Origin: an uncultured Candidatus Binatia bacterium
GTDB lineage: Bacteria; Desulfobacterota; Binatia; UBA9968; CAXXLF01
Length of the DNA stretch: 64,000 nt
Assembly: GCA_965218425.1 (NCBI GenBank)
Contig: OZ244621.1
Coordinates: 1,600,001-1,664,000 of the forward strand
Direction: 5' to 3'
How positions within the stretch are numbered: the first letter of the stretch is position 1; every line of letters starts with the position of its first letter. The notes beneath the pieces are model-generated. The model saw nothing but the letters and a program-made list of their open reading frames with translations. It did no database searches and was not told where the DNA came from. Shown here one piece after another: positions 40,006 to 49,290 of this stretch. Made by a program: the position numbers and the translations under genes.

Positions 40006-40713
40006 CTAATCATCCCACTCGGCTAATTGGTAGCCGATACCCCTCACGGTTAACAGGTATCTAGGTTTTGATATGTCAGGCTCGATCTTCTGCCTGAGCT
40101 TTCCGATGTGAACATCGATGACGCGATCGATGACCGCCTCACCGTGGGGATAGAGGTGATTGAGTAGTTCCTCCCGTGAGAAGACACGCCCTGGAGACTC
40201 CATTAGGATTTGGAGGAGCTTGAACTCGAAACTCGTGAGTGAAATCGGCCGGCCCTTCAGGGTTACTCTCCGCTTTTCAGGATCCAGGGCAAGCCCCCCT
40301 TGAGACCCCAACTCTTTTCCCTGGGACACATCTGGACTCACTCGCCGTAGTATGGCTTTTACCCTGGCTGTCAACTCCCTGGGGCTAAAAGGCTTCACAA
40401 CGTAATCATCGGCGCCCAGGGATAAGCCCAGGACCCGGTCCATCTCTTCTTCCCTGGCTGTGAGAATCAGGATGGGGACATTGGAGGACTGCCTCAGCTC
40501 CTTGCAGATCTCCCACCCATCCACATTCGGAAGCATTAAATCCAGGATCACAAACTTTGGGTGGTGCCGTTTTGCCAGGTCCAGACCCTTGTGGCCATCG
40601 TAGGCCGTGACGGTCTTGAACCCCTCCCTCTCAAGGTAAAGGGCCACCAGGGAGGCCGTCTTTTTATCGTCCTCTACGATCAAAATGGGTCCTGATTTAC
40701 CCGGGCGATCCAT
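40006..40713 (-). CDS. OmpR-family response regulator
   Basis: ILIVEDD, ILDLMLP, KPFSPREL, DVHIGKLRQK, TVRGIGY. Confidence 0.95.
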   Translation of the reverse strand: MDRPGKSGPILIVEDDKKTASLVALYLEREGFKTVTAYDGHKGLDLAKRHHPKFVILDLMLPNVDGWEICKELRQSSNVPILILTAREEEMDRVLGLSLGADDYVVKPFSPRELTARVKAILRRVSPDVSQGKELGSQGGLALDPEKRRVTLKGRPISLTSFEFKLLQILMESPGRVFSREELLNHLYPHGEAVIDRVIDVHIGKLRQKIEPDISKPRYLLTVRGIGYQLAEWDD

Positions 40714-41341
40714 GGTCGATATGAGTGTAGCGGACGGGTGTCGATTATGCACACTCAACCCCAAGGGGGGAAGGCACTTGAATGCCCATTACACTACCCT
40801 ACGGCAAACAGTAGGGAGGGAGTGTTTTTTTAACCACATCCAATTGGGGGAGATGATCGTTACACTATTTTCATTCCTGTTACTTTGGGCTTCGGCAATT
40901 TCCTTCGCTCCCCGGGGAGCGAGCCCCCGGCCGCGCGGGCAACAGGCCAGTGAATATCTGAAGCTGTACCTTCGATGCCCACGGCCTTCCGTCTCACTCC
41001 ACTTCGTCGCTTTTCCGATTTGGAGCCAGAGGGCTTGCACCGAAGAAAGGGAGACGTCCGATACTAGAGGTCAGGCCATACTGGCATGCCAGATCAAATG
41101 ACGGAGCCTCGATGCACAGGCCCACCGGCTCCCGCTGAGGGCAGGCCTCCGAGCCCCAAATCGCATGGGCGAATGAACGTTCCCGCGCCGGGGTAACTGG
41201 AGCGAAGGGATGGCAGCTATTGAAAAAACCAGGCTTAACGCCGGGGAGGATGGGATTAGCACCCCAGGGGACTACACTCTTCGCACTAGAGGCTTTTACG
41301 GCTTGACTTGCGAGAAAGGCCCCACCTAAACTCCAATAGAT

Positions 41342-41926
41342 ATGGACCCTACGGCTCACCATTCGGAAAGGTGCCCGGACTGCAAGGAACGGGTCCGCCG
41401 GTTGCTCACCGCCATATACGGAGAGTGCCGCCTCAACCATACATTCCCATGGCCCACCAGGCCGCACCATTACAGCGGTACTTCCATGGGAAATGCATTG
41501 GATGAAATTCAGCAGCACCTCGACCAACTAAGGGGCTACACCGATTACATCAAAGCGGAATGGATGCCCCCCTGCGATTATTATCTCCCCACGGCAGGCT
41601 TCATCGTAGAGTTTGATGAGAGCCAACACTTCACGGAGCCCCGGCGGCTAGCCCTCGAACACTACCCCCAAGAGTGGGACGCGGGGTTTCCCCTAACGCG
41701 TTGGATTGACCTCTGTCATCAGATCAACGCAAAGGATGATGAGCCCCCGGACCGCGATGAAAGGCGCGCCTGGTACGACACCTTACGGGATCTATTGGCT
41801 CCGTTTCACGGGATGAAACCCACCGTTCGGATTTACGCTGACGATTTTCGTTGGTGCTCCCTCAGTGACGATTCGGCAAAGGATGTGGAAAGGTTTCGCT
41901 CTCTCGTGAAACACCTGCCCTCGTGA
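41342..41926 (+). CDS. Hypothetical protein with a PD-(D/E)xK/Vsr-like nuclease pattern
   Basis: CPDC; PCDYYLP...IVEFDESQHF; RAWYDTLRD. Confidence 0.6.
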   Translation: MDPTAHHSERCPDCKERVRRLLTAIYGECRLNHTFPWPTRPHHYSGTSMGNALDEIQQHLDQLRGYTDYIKAEWMPPCDYYLPTAGFIVEFDESQHFTEPRRLALEHYPQEWDAGFPLTRWIDLCHQINAKDDEPPDRDERRAWYDTLRDLLAPFHGMKPTVRIYADDFRWCSLSDDSAKDVERFRSLVKHLPS

Positions 41927-42200
41927 GTCGTTAAGTCAGTTTCCAATAAGCTGCCGCCAATTGCGCCAAGTGACTCTTTCATAGAGGAGATGGAAGGCTC
42001 GGGGTCTCGCCCCGAAGTGAGGAACGGGTGAAAAGCGCTGAGTTCCGAGTAAGACAGACTCTAAGTCCACGAAGGGAGTGTCGAAGCCCTGGCTGGATTG
42101 CCGCCGGAAGCGTGGAGCGATCATTCGGCATGCTCTTTCTTGGGGCGGCCGAATCGGCTATCTTGAAAACAGCGATGCCAAATCAAGCGGGAGAGTGACT

Positions 42201-42557
42201 ATGTCAGAATTGACGGAAGAGAAGTGTACCGCGTGTCGGGTTGATTCTCCCCATGTGACCGACTCAGAGATCAACCAACTCCAGCCCGGGATTCCAGAGT
42301 GGAAACTCATAGAGGAGGCAGGAATCCGAAAGCTTGAGCGTGCCTTTCGTTTTCCAAATTTTGTGAAAGCCCTCGCGTTTACCAATGGGATCGGAGAACT
42401 CGCTGAAGCTCAAGGCCATCACCCCCGGCTAACCACCGAATGGGGGAGAGTAAACGTCACCTGGTGGACACACAAGATTCGGGATCTGCACCGCAACGAC
42501 TTTATCATGGCCGCCAAAACGGATCGGCTTTACAGTGACACGTCCCCTTCCAGCTAA
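42201..42557 (+). CDS. phhB: Pterin-4-alpha-carbinolamine dehydratase
   Basis: [29 protein letters not shown]; start ATG 42201. Confidence 0.93.
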   Translation: MSELTEEKCTACRVDSPHVTDSEINQLQPGIPEWKLIEEAGIRKLERAFRFPNFVKALAFTNGIGELAEAQGHHPRLTTEWGRVNVTWWTHKIRDLHRNDFIMAAKTDRLYSDTSPSS

Positions 42558-42739
42558 AAGGGATAACGCCGGGGTATTGAATCGCTCATACAAACTACAC
42601 CAGCCCAAGGAGAACCGTTATTCAGCTCAATTTACCCATAGGAAATCGGGCCAGTGGAACGAAGCTGACCCTCCCGGACCTCCTCCAACGTGCTACGGGC
42701 GGGCAGAAGCTCAATCGGCGCACAACCTTTCGCCCTTCC

Positions 42740-44140
42740 TTGGCGTACCAGCTCCTCCACGACCCATTCTGGATATGGTGTGAGTATCACGCCCCGCGCT
42801 CAGAGGCAGTTGACGAAACTACTCGCTACCAAAAGATACGGATGCAGCAAGGAGTGGAATTTGAGCATGCCTGGATTCAAGCAAATTACCCAGAGGCGGT
42901 GACCATCAAACCGGCTTTCGGATTCGAGGCCTTGAAAAACACCTTGGAGGCGATCCTGGCGGGGGTCCCCGTCATTGCCCAACCACAACTGTGGGACTTG
43001 CAGGGAGGAACTTACGGGAAGGCGGATCTTTTAATCCGTGACGACTCCCGCGCCTCAGAGCTGGGTCCGTATCACTATTATCCGGTGGAGGTGAAAAGGT
43101 CCAAGTCTTTGCGGGAGTACCACGTCCTTCAAACAGCTTCCTACAACAGAATGATGGCACGAATCCAAGGGTATACCCCCGAAAGGCTCACGGTGGCTTT
43201 ACCCGAAAGGGAAGAGAAGGTTTTATACTCTGAAGCTGAGAAGCAATTGGATGAAAACCTTACCAGGTGGAAGGCCCTGCGCGATGGCCGGTGGGTCCCT
43301 GAGCCTGGACGGCCACCGGATGTCACAGACTCACCCTGGCGTCAATACGGTAACAGCCTGGTGGAGGCAAAAAAGGATCTCGTCCTCGTTGCCGGGCTTG
43401 GTGCACGGGAACGTGAGAAACTTCGCCGGGCGGGGATTGATCGCCTCGACCAACTGTGGAGCCTTCGGCTGGAAGAAACTCGTGAGATCCTTGGCGAGGG
43501 CCATGGGATGACGGCTTACTACGTCGCGCAGGCTTACAGAACTAACGGTCCCATCGCAAAGCCGGGGGCAAACCTCGTCATCCCCCGAGCCAAACGGCAT
43601 CTCTACTTTGATTTCGAGACTTCAGACGGGGTTCATCCCACAGAACCTCCACATGTCTATCTCATCGGATGTTGGGACGCCGAGCGGGACCGGTTCGTCA
43701 AATTTCTTGCTCGCGGGGCACAGGACGAAGCAAGAATCTTTACAGAGTTCCTTGATTATGTGGGTGAGGTGGAAACGACTCGCCTCTACCACTGGACCGA
43801 TTTCGAGATCAGGCAAATGTCCGCCGCCATGGACCGCTGTCCTACCCTGAGGGGGTCTATACAGGCGTTGCTCTCCTCCTGCGTTGACTTGAAGCCGTTG
43901 ATCCAATCGGCGGCATACCTTCCGGTGCCGACATTTTCAATCAAAAGTGTGGCGCCGGCGCTGGGATTTCACTGGCGACAGAAGGCCTTCGGGGCTTTCG
44001 AATCCATGGTTTGCTATTGGGATTACCTTGAAGACAGAGAAAAAGGCGAGATCAATAAAGCGGTCCTCTACAACGAAGACGACTGCGTGGCCATGTGGCA
44101 CATCGACCAGGAGCTTTCGAAACGGCTACCCCAACCGTAA
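42740..44140 (+). CDS. TM0106-family RecB-like nuclease with a C-terminal RNase H-like domain
   Basis: GKADLL, VEVKRS, QTASY; YFDFET, VDL, SIKSVAPALGFHWR, YNEDDC; start uncertain. Confidence 0.88.
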   Translation: MAYQLLHDPFWIWCEYHAPRSEAVDETTRYQKIRMQQGVEFEHAWIQANYPEAVTIKPAFGFEALKNTLEAILAGVPVIAQPQLWDLQGGTYGKADLLIRDDSRASELGPYHYYPVEVKRSKSLREYHVLQTASYNRMMARIQGYTPERLTVALPEREEKVLYSEAEKQLDENLTRWKALRDGRWVPEPGRPPDVTDSPWRQYGNSLVEAKKDLVLVAGLGAREREKLRRAGIDRLDQLWSLRLEETREILGEGHGMTAYYVAQAYRTNGPIAKPGANLVIPRAKRHLYFDFETSDGVHPTEPPHVYLIGCWDAERDRFVKFLARGAQDEARIFTEFLDYVGEVETTRLYHWTDFEIRQMSAAMDRCPTLRGSIQALLSSCVDLKPLIQSAAYLPVPTFSIKSVAPALGFHWRQKAFGAFESMVCYWDYLEDREKGEINKAVLYNEDDCVAMWHIDQELSKRLPQP

Positions 44141-44157
44141 GTTGAGTTGGTAAGGAA

Positions 44158-45060
44158 TCACTGCTGTAAGACCTTCAGCTTGGTATCAATGAATAGCTTG
44201 TGGGGAAAATCCAGCATGTAAGCGATTTTCCGGATCGCCTCTACTTCTTCGTGTGACATCTTTCCCTCGGCTTTGGACAGGGCAAAGATTCCCTCAATGA
44301 GAAGTTTCCGTTCAGCCATGGGCATGATGCGTTTCACTTCCTGAACTAACCGGTGAAGATCCACTCCCTGGCGGACAGTCTCCAGGGCCACCTCAATTAC
44401 CGCTCCAACCGCTGCTTCCGAGATTCCCCAAATCTCAAAAAGGATTTTTTTCATATAGGCTTCTTCCTGAGGCAAAAAGTCATTGTCCACATAACCTACT
44501 CGGGCCAAAAGCGCTGCGCTCAGGGTCAGTCTTTTGAGTTTATCCGGGGTTCCCTCTTTCTCCAGCAGTTTCGAACCCAGTCGGCGACGCAATTTAAACA
44601 GAACACGATTGTGGATAAAGTCATGAAGATCCGCTTCGCGGCTACCGTCCTGAGCTTCTTGGGTCGTGCCGCCGACCCTGAGAAGGCTCTTCAGCCCGTC
44701 CAAAAGAAACGCGGCCCCTTTGCTTTCAGCTACCACCTCCTCCAGAGCGCTCAGCCACTCCTTTTCCTGAGGTGTAAAACGTTCATTGCCCTGAAGAAGA
44801 TCCTTCACGGCCTTCATAAGGATTTCACGTTCTTTCTTGCGGCGGGCGCTTGAAAGGAAACGCCGCGTCACCTCTTTCATCTCCGCCAATGGAACTTTCT
44901 CAACTAAATACATTTCCATCTGCGCCCAATCGTCCCCGCTCAAATCAAACTTTCGCACAAACTGCTTGATGAAGTTCATTTCCTCCGCTGTCACTTCTTC
45001 GTCCGCCCACGCCACGCACGCGAGGACCTTCAAAAATTCCACCTCTGTTGATGATGCCAT
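44158..45060 (-). CDS. TerB-family protein with two TerB-like domains
   Basis: AWADEEVTAEE and, later, AEGKMSHEEVEAIRKIA. Confidence 0.8.
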   Translation of the reverse strand: MASSTEVEFLKVLACVAWADEEVTAEEMNFIKQFVRKFDLSGDDWAQMEMYLVEKVPLAEMKEVTRRFLSSARRKKEREILMKAVKDLLQGNERFTPQEKEWLSALEEVVAESKGAAFLLDGLKSLLRVGGTTQEAQDGSREADLHDFIHNRVLFKLRRRLGSKLLEKEGTPDKLKRLTLSAALLARVGYVDNDFLPQEEAYMKKILFEIWGISEAAVGAVIEVALETVRQGVDLHRLVQEVKRIMPMAERKLLIEGIFALSKAEGKMSHEEVEAIRKIAYMLDFPHKLFIDTKLKVLQQ

Positions 45061-45148
45061 AACCCTCAGACCTCTCCGTCTAATTCCGTAAGGTTACCTA
45101 CCGCTCCTTGGGGAGGCGGCCCGTTTTAATAGAGGACTTATCCACCTA

Positions 45149-46237
45149 TTGAGAACCGCATAATATAGTAACATTGGATAAGAACTAATGTATAGTGGTG
45201 GTATGGGAAACCCACTTGGAGTGCGACGGGACTTTGAAGCATTGGAGCGGCGGCGGATGGAGGTGGGGAGGCTGTTGAAGCGAGGGCTGTCGGAGGCGGA
45301 GGTGGCGCGTTGGGTGGGAGTGCACCGCCAGTCGGTGAATCGATGGGCGCGGCAGTTGGCCGAGAGCGGCAGAGCCGGGCTCAAGCAGGCGGGGCGTGCC
45401 GGACGCAAGCCGCGACTGAGCCCGGCGGATCTGAAGAAGATCGAGGGCGGTTTGAAACGGGGACCCGAAGCGCTGGGGTACGACACGAGCCTGTGGACCG
45501 CAAGGCGAGTGGCCCACTTGATTGGGGAAGCCTGCGGAGTCACATACCATCCGGGCCATGTTTGGCGGATATTGCGGCAGTTGGGGTGGAGTTGCCAGCG
45601 GCCGACGGGACGTGCCTTGGAACGAGATGAAGAGGCGATCCGGCAGTGGAAGAAGAAGCGCTGGCCGGAGATTAAAAAAAAGCCCGAAACGAGGGGCGAA
45701 CCATAGTGTTCGTGGACGAAAGCGGGCTGAGCGAGCGGCCGAATCGGTATCGTACGTGGTCGCCCCGAGGACAGACGCCAGTGCTGCAATATCACTTCAA
45801 CTGGAAGAGTCTGTCGGCCATCGCCGGAGTCACCTGGTGGCGCTTGTACTTTCGAGTGTATCCGGGAGCCATCAAGAGCCCCCAGATCATCGAATTCCTG
45901 AAGCACTTGATGCGTCATGTTTCCGGGCCGCTGCTGGTAGTGTGGGACGGACTGCCCAGCCACCGGAGCCGGTTGGTTCGGGACTTTGTTGCCGCTACCG
46001 AAGGCGCGTTGGTGCTGGAACGGTTGCCGGCCTATGCACCGGAACTGAATCCCGTCGAATACCTCTGGGGATACTGGAAGCATCATGAACTGCCCAACTT
46101 CTGTGCCAAGGACTTCGCTCAACTCAGCCACCATGCTCGTCGCGCCCTTTGCCGAATGCGCCGCAGGCCTCGTCTCGTTACCGCCTTCTGGAAACAGTCC
46201 AGCCTTTTCTGATGTCATTATATTATACGAGGATCAA
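45149..46237 (+). mobile_element. IS630-family insertion sequence
   Basis: IRL TTGAGAACCGCATAATATAGTAACAT vs reverse-complemented IRR TTGATCCTCGTATAATATAATGACAT; TA at 45147-45148 and 46238-46239. Confidence 0.93.
45203..46212 (+). CDS. IS630 transposase (-1 frameshift at the A8 run 45674-45681)
   Basis: HTH OrfA; shifted frame KKARNEGRTIVFVDESG, VWDG, PAYAPELNPVE. Confidence 0.92.
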
Positions 46238-46617
46238 TAAGAACCGGTAAATTCAGGAAAGGACTTACCCATAGAAAATAAGTGGGTCGCTTTCTTAACA
46301 GATGGCGGGCACTCCCTTGGGAAGGTAGGATTCTCGCAAGCCCTTCCTCCGCTTTTCCTTCGTAACAGGTTATCCCCAAAATACTCAATGTTATCCTAAA
46401 CACGAGAAAGAGCAACAAAGTGGAAGAAAATCAGGCACTCAGATTTTCGTCCGCGCAGGACAGGCCGGAGCGTTTGTTAAGCGTTTGGAACATTAATAAT
46501 TTATGGTTTCGGTATTGCCTAGGCTTTCGTGTTTCGTATTTAGGATTTTCACTTGGGTTCGTCGCGGCGCGATGAACCTTGCTAAAGTCTTTCTTCTGAG
46601 CACGTTTTTGGTAAGAA

Positions 46618-47244
46618 TCAACTAGAGACAAGAAGCGTTCGTAAATCTTCCAAGATGACCTTGGCGTCAGGGGCCGTACCATCGTAGGTAATCCGGACAA
46701 TTCCCTCTTTGTCCACCAGCGCGGTCAGTGAGGTATGACTTACCAGTCCGCGAGCCTTCCTTAGCACCTTGATCCCGAAGGCCTTCCAAACAAAGGCGAG
46801 CTGCCGGGCGTTTCCGGTGAGCAATGACCAGTTGGTGAAATTCACCTGGTGGCGTTCGGCGTAGGACTTTAGAACCTCTGGTTTATCCACCTCAGGATCC
46901 GTAGTGACTGAAAGTAGATAAACGGATTTTCGCTCTTTTCCACTCAACTCTTTTTGCACCGATGTCATACTAATCGTAGCCAGAGAACAAACGTCCGGGC
47001 AAGTGGTGTAGACGAATGACAAAAGGACCACCTTACCCCTGAGGGTCTTGAACTCAAAGATCTCTCCCCTTTGGTTCGTCAGGGAAAAACCCGGGATAGG
47101 CAAATTGACCTTGCGCCGCACGGCCTCATGCGCGCTGGAGCCCGACGCGGGGTGGTGAGCCTTCACCACCAACCAACCCCCAAGGACCAAACATCCCGTG
47201 GCCCAAAGGATCATAAGGACTGTGAACTCTTTCCTTTGTCTCAT
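46618..47244 (-). CDS. SCO family copper chaperone
   Basis: YTTCPDVC, TDPEVD, VSHT; ATGA overlap with the upstream gene. Confidence 0.92.
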   Translation of the reverse strand: MRQRKEFTVLMILWATGCLVLGGWLVVKAHHPASGSSAHEAVRRKVNLPIPGFSLTNQRGEIFEFKTLRGKVVLLSFVYTTCPDVCSLATISMTSVQKELSGKERKSVYLLSVTTDPEVDKPEVLKSYAERHQVNFTNWSLLTGNARQLAFVWKAFGIKVLRKARGLVSHTSLTALVDKEGIVRITYDGTAPDAKVILEDLRTLLVSS

Positions 47245-47678
47245 CCGTCTTTCCCGTTTTTGGACGGATCGTAACCGTACACGTACTGCCAAGGCACACT
47301 ACAGTGGGCCCATAGGAGGGGCTCAAATTTCTCCCACCAATCAGGGTTACGACCCTCCAGGCTTAGAATCCGTACGAAGCGCACCATGTCCTGAATTTCA
47401 TAATTCTGTAGCGCGGGCCCAAAGGCAGGCATAACACCCTTCCCGCTTCTGATCACGCTGCGAATTTGAATCACGCTTTTCTGCTTTACCGTGTCCCTGA
47501 AATCTGGAACGGGATCTGGCAGGGATGCGGCAACGGGGCCATCCCCCCTTCCGGACGGACCATGACAACCCAGACAGCGTTGGCCATAATTGAGCTGCAT
47601 TTCCTCTTTACGCAGACAGCCGGCCAGAAAGAATGCGATCCCGCATAACATGAGGATTCGAACGATCACATAACGCAT
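47241..47678 (-). CDS. Monoheme cytochrome c lipoprotein
   Basis: Lipobox FLAGC; CLGCHG..GRGDGP; MPAFG. Confidence 0.9.
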   Translation of the reverse strand: MRYVIVRILMLCGIAFFLAGCLRKEEMQLNYGQRCLGCHGPSGRGDGPVAASLPDPVPDFRDTVKQKSVIQIRSVIRSGKGVMPAFGPALQNYEIQDMVRFVRILSLEGRNPDWWEKFEPLLWAHCSVPWQYVYGYDPSKNGKDG

Positions 47679-47982
47679 CTTCACCCAGCACCCTGCCTTT
47701 TCTACCATAGGCCCCGTACCCTTGCCAGGAACGCGCTCCAAGGGAGAATTATTGGCTATCATAAGAAATGTGCATCGCTTAACGGACACCAACCATAAGA
47801 GCTGGAAGGATCGTTCCGAGATAAACCCCGAACCACGGATTTACGTCCGTGACTTGAGGCACTTCCCTTCGGGGAAGTTCGCAACATTCATCCCCGGACT
47901 CAGGTCCCGGACGTTGTGTGGTTCGGGGCAAAAAGCAGCAGATGGTGTTGGGGACAAGTCCAGCTTGAATGCTACCAGACCA

Positions 47983-48483
47983 TTATATGGCCTGGTACTC
48001 AAAGCGGCGGACCTTTTCCGTATTTTTCCCCTCGATTCGTACGAGCTTCGTGGCGGCTTCACGCCTGGGCGAGTGCAGGTCACCCTCATTGTACAAATGC
48101 GCCATGCCGGGTTTGAGCAGGTATGTCCCGGCCATGCGCACCTTACCTGCTTTACCTTCCGCTGCCGGCTCCACAAGCTCCCAGTCGGTCATTTCCGTCT
48201 GGCCTGCCGCTTGACCGTAAATCGCCCACACGGGGCCATGGTCGTGAGGGTTACTCGCCTTAGCGCCCTTGTTGTAATGGGCCAGGATACAGAAACCCAA
48301 TTCTGGATCTTCATAAATAATCTTGCGGTCCGGCGCGTCTTCACCGAACTGCTTGGCAATAAACTCTTGATCCTGCAACACCTCCTCCAACAGGGCGCAC
48401 ACCTTTTTCCGTCCTTGCGGGCCGGGTTCGGATTTAAGAATTCGATGACATTCTTCGGCAAACTGTTCCAGCGTACAGACCAT
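47983..48483 (-). CDS. Cupin / thiol-dioxygenase-like metal-dependent protein
   Basis: PHDHGPVWAIYGQAAG...GDLHSP. Confidence 0.75.
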   Translation of the reverse strand: MVCTLEQFAEECHRILKSEPGPQGRKKVCALLEEVLQDQEFIAKQFGEDAPDRKIIYEDPELGFCILAHYNKGAKASNPHDHGPVWAIYGQAAGQTEMTDWELVEPAAEGKAGKVRMAGTYLLKPGMAHLYNEGDLHSPRREAATKLVRIEGKNTEKVRRFEYQAI

Positions 48484-48748
48484 AATTGAACCTCCGTGAA
48501 ATGGTACCATTTTTTACGTCATGACACAGGAATAGTAAAGGGCAAATCCCTTCGAGACGGATTAATGGGCACAGTATACTTGAAGGCGATTATACCCTCA
48601 GCATAAGGGTGGCGCTGGGTGTCGGGCGGGTAGAGGGACCTTCGCAACTCATACGCCGTGGGTCAGATCGGCTGCTTGAGAAACATTACACTAGGCCGTA
48701 GAATCAGTTTGGTTGAAATCTGCAGCTACGGCTTTGAGGAGACCAAAA

Positions 48749-49148
48749 ATGATTATGGAACCTGAGCAGGAACAGTTTCTTTACAAGCATCGCTTCGGTG
48801 TGCTCTCCACCCTCAAGAGGAACGGCGCCCCCCAAGCGACACCGGTCTACTACCTTTACGAGGACGGGAAGATCCTCATCTCGGCCAATCAGTGGAAGTA
48901 CAAGACCCGCAACGTCCAGCGCGACCCCAGAGTTACCCTGTGCGTCCTGGACGAAGGGCCTAGGAACCGCTACCTTCAGGTTTCGGGAAGGGCTGTCGTC
49001 ACGGAGAGGGATCTGGTGGAAACCAGCACCCGCATCTTCAGCCGCTTCCGCTCCGAGATCCGTGAAGACTTCCCGGAGTGGCTCTAAGGAGCAACAGCGG
49101 GTCATCCTGGTGCTTACCCCACAACAGGTGGCTCCACGCCCTCGGTAA
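48749..49148 (+). pseudogene. PPOX-class (F420/FMN-binding split barrel) oxidoreductase with a 1-nt frameshift near the 3' end
   Basis: LSTLKRNGAPQATPV, KTRNVQRDPRVTLCV; stops at 49087 while KEQQRVILVLTP continues in the +1 frame. Confidence 0.8.
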
Positions 49149-49201
49149 CGACAAACTAAATCCATCTCCTTTTCTCAGAAACCATCTAGATGATCAGCTG
49201 C

Positions 49202-49266
49202 TTGACAGAAAGGGCCCGGAGGCTTTATATTATGCTACACAGCATTATGTGTTTCTACATAATGCT
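49202..49266 (+). promoter_or_regulatory. Promoter plus operator-like palindrome upstream of the ATPase
   Basis: TTGACA-18 nt-TATATT; AGCATTATGT-6 nt-ACATAATGCT (49241-49266). Confidence 0.6.
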
Positions 49267-49290
49267 CTTCTACTGCCCCTGGAGACCTCC

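Noticed and set aside
40855..41340. Signal-peptide-like start (MIVTLFSFLLLWASAISFA) and possible SBP remnants
   Set aside because: Probably another eroded gene, but no family can be supported by eye
45094..46218. 374-aa minus-strand ORF
   Set aside because: Antisense shadow of the IS630 transposase
45097..46329. Identification of the IS630-split element as 6S RNA or a cobalamin riboswitch
   Set aside because: Too short, with no 6S central-bubble motifs or B12-box; kept only as an unassigned structure
47722..48489. 255-aa plus-strand ORF
   Set aside because: Antisense to the cupin-like gene; no recognisable motifs
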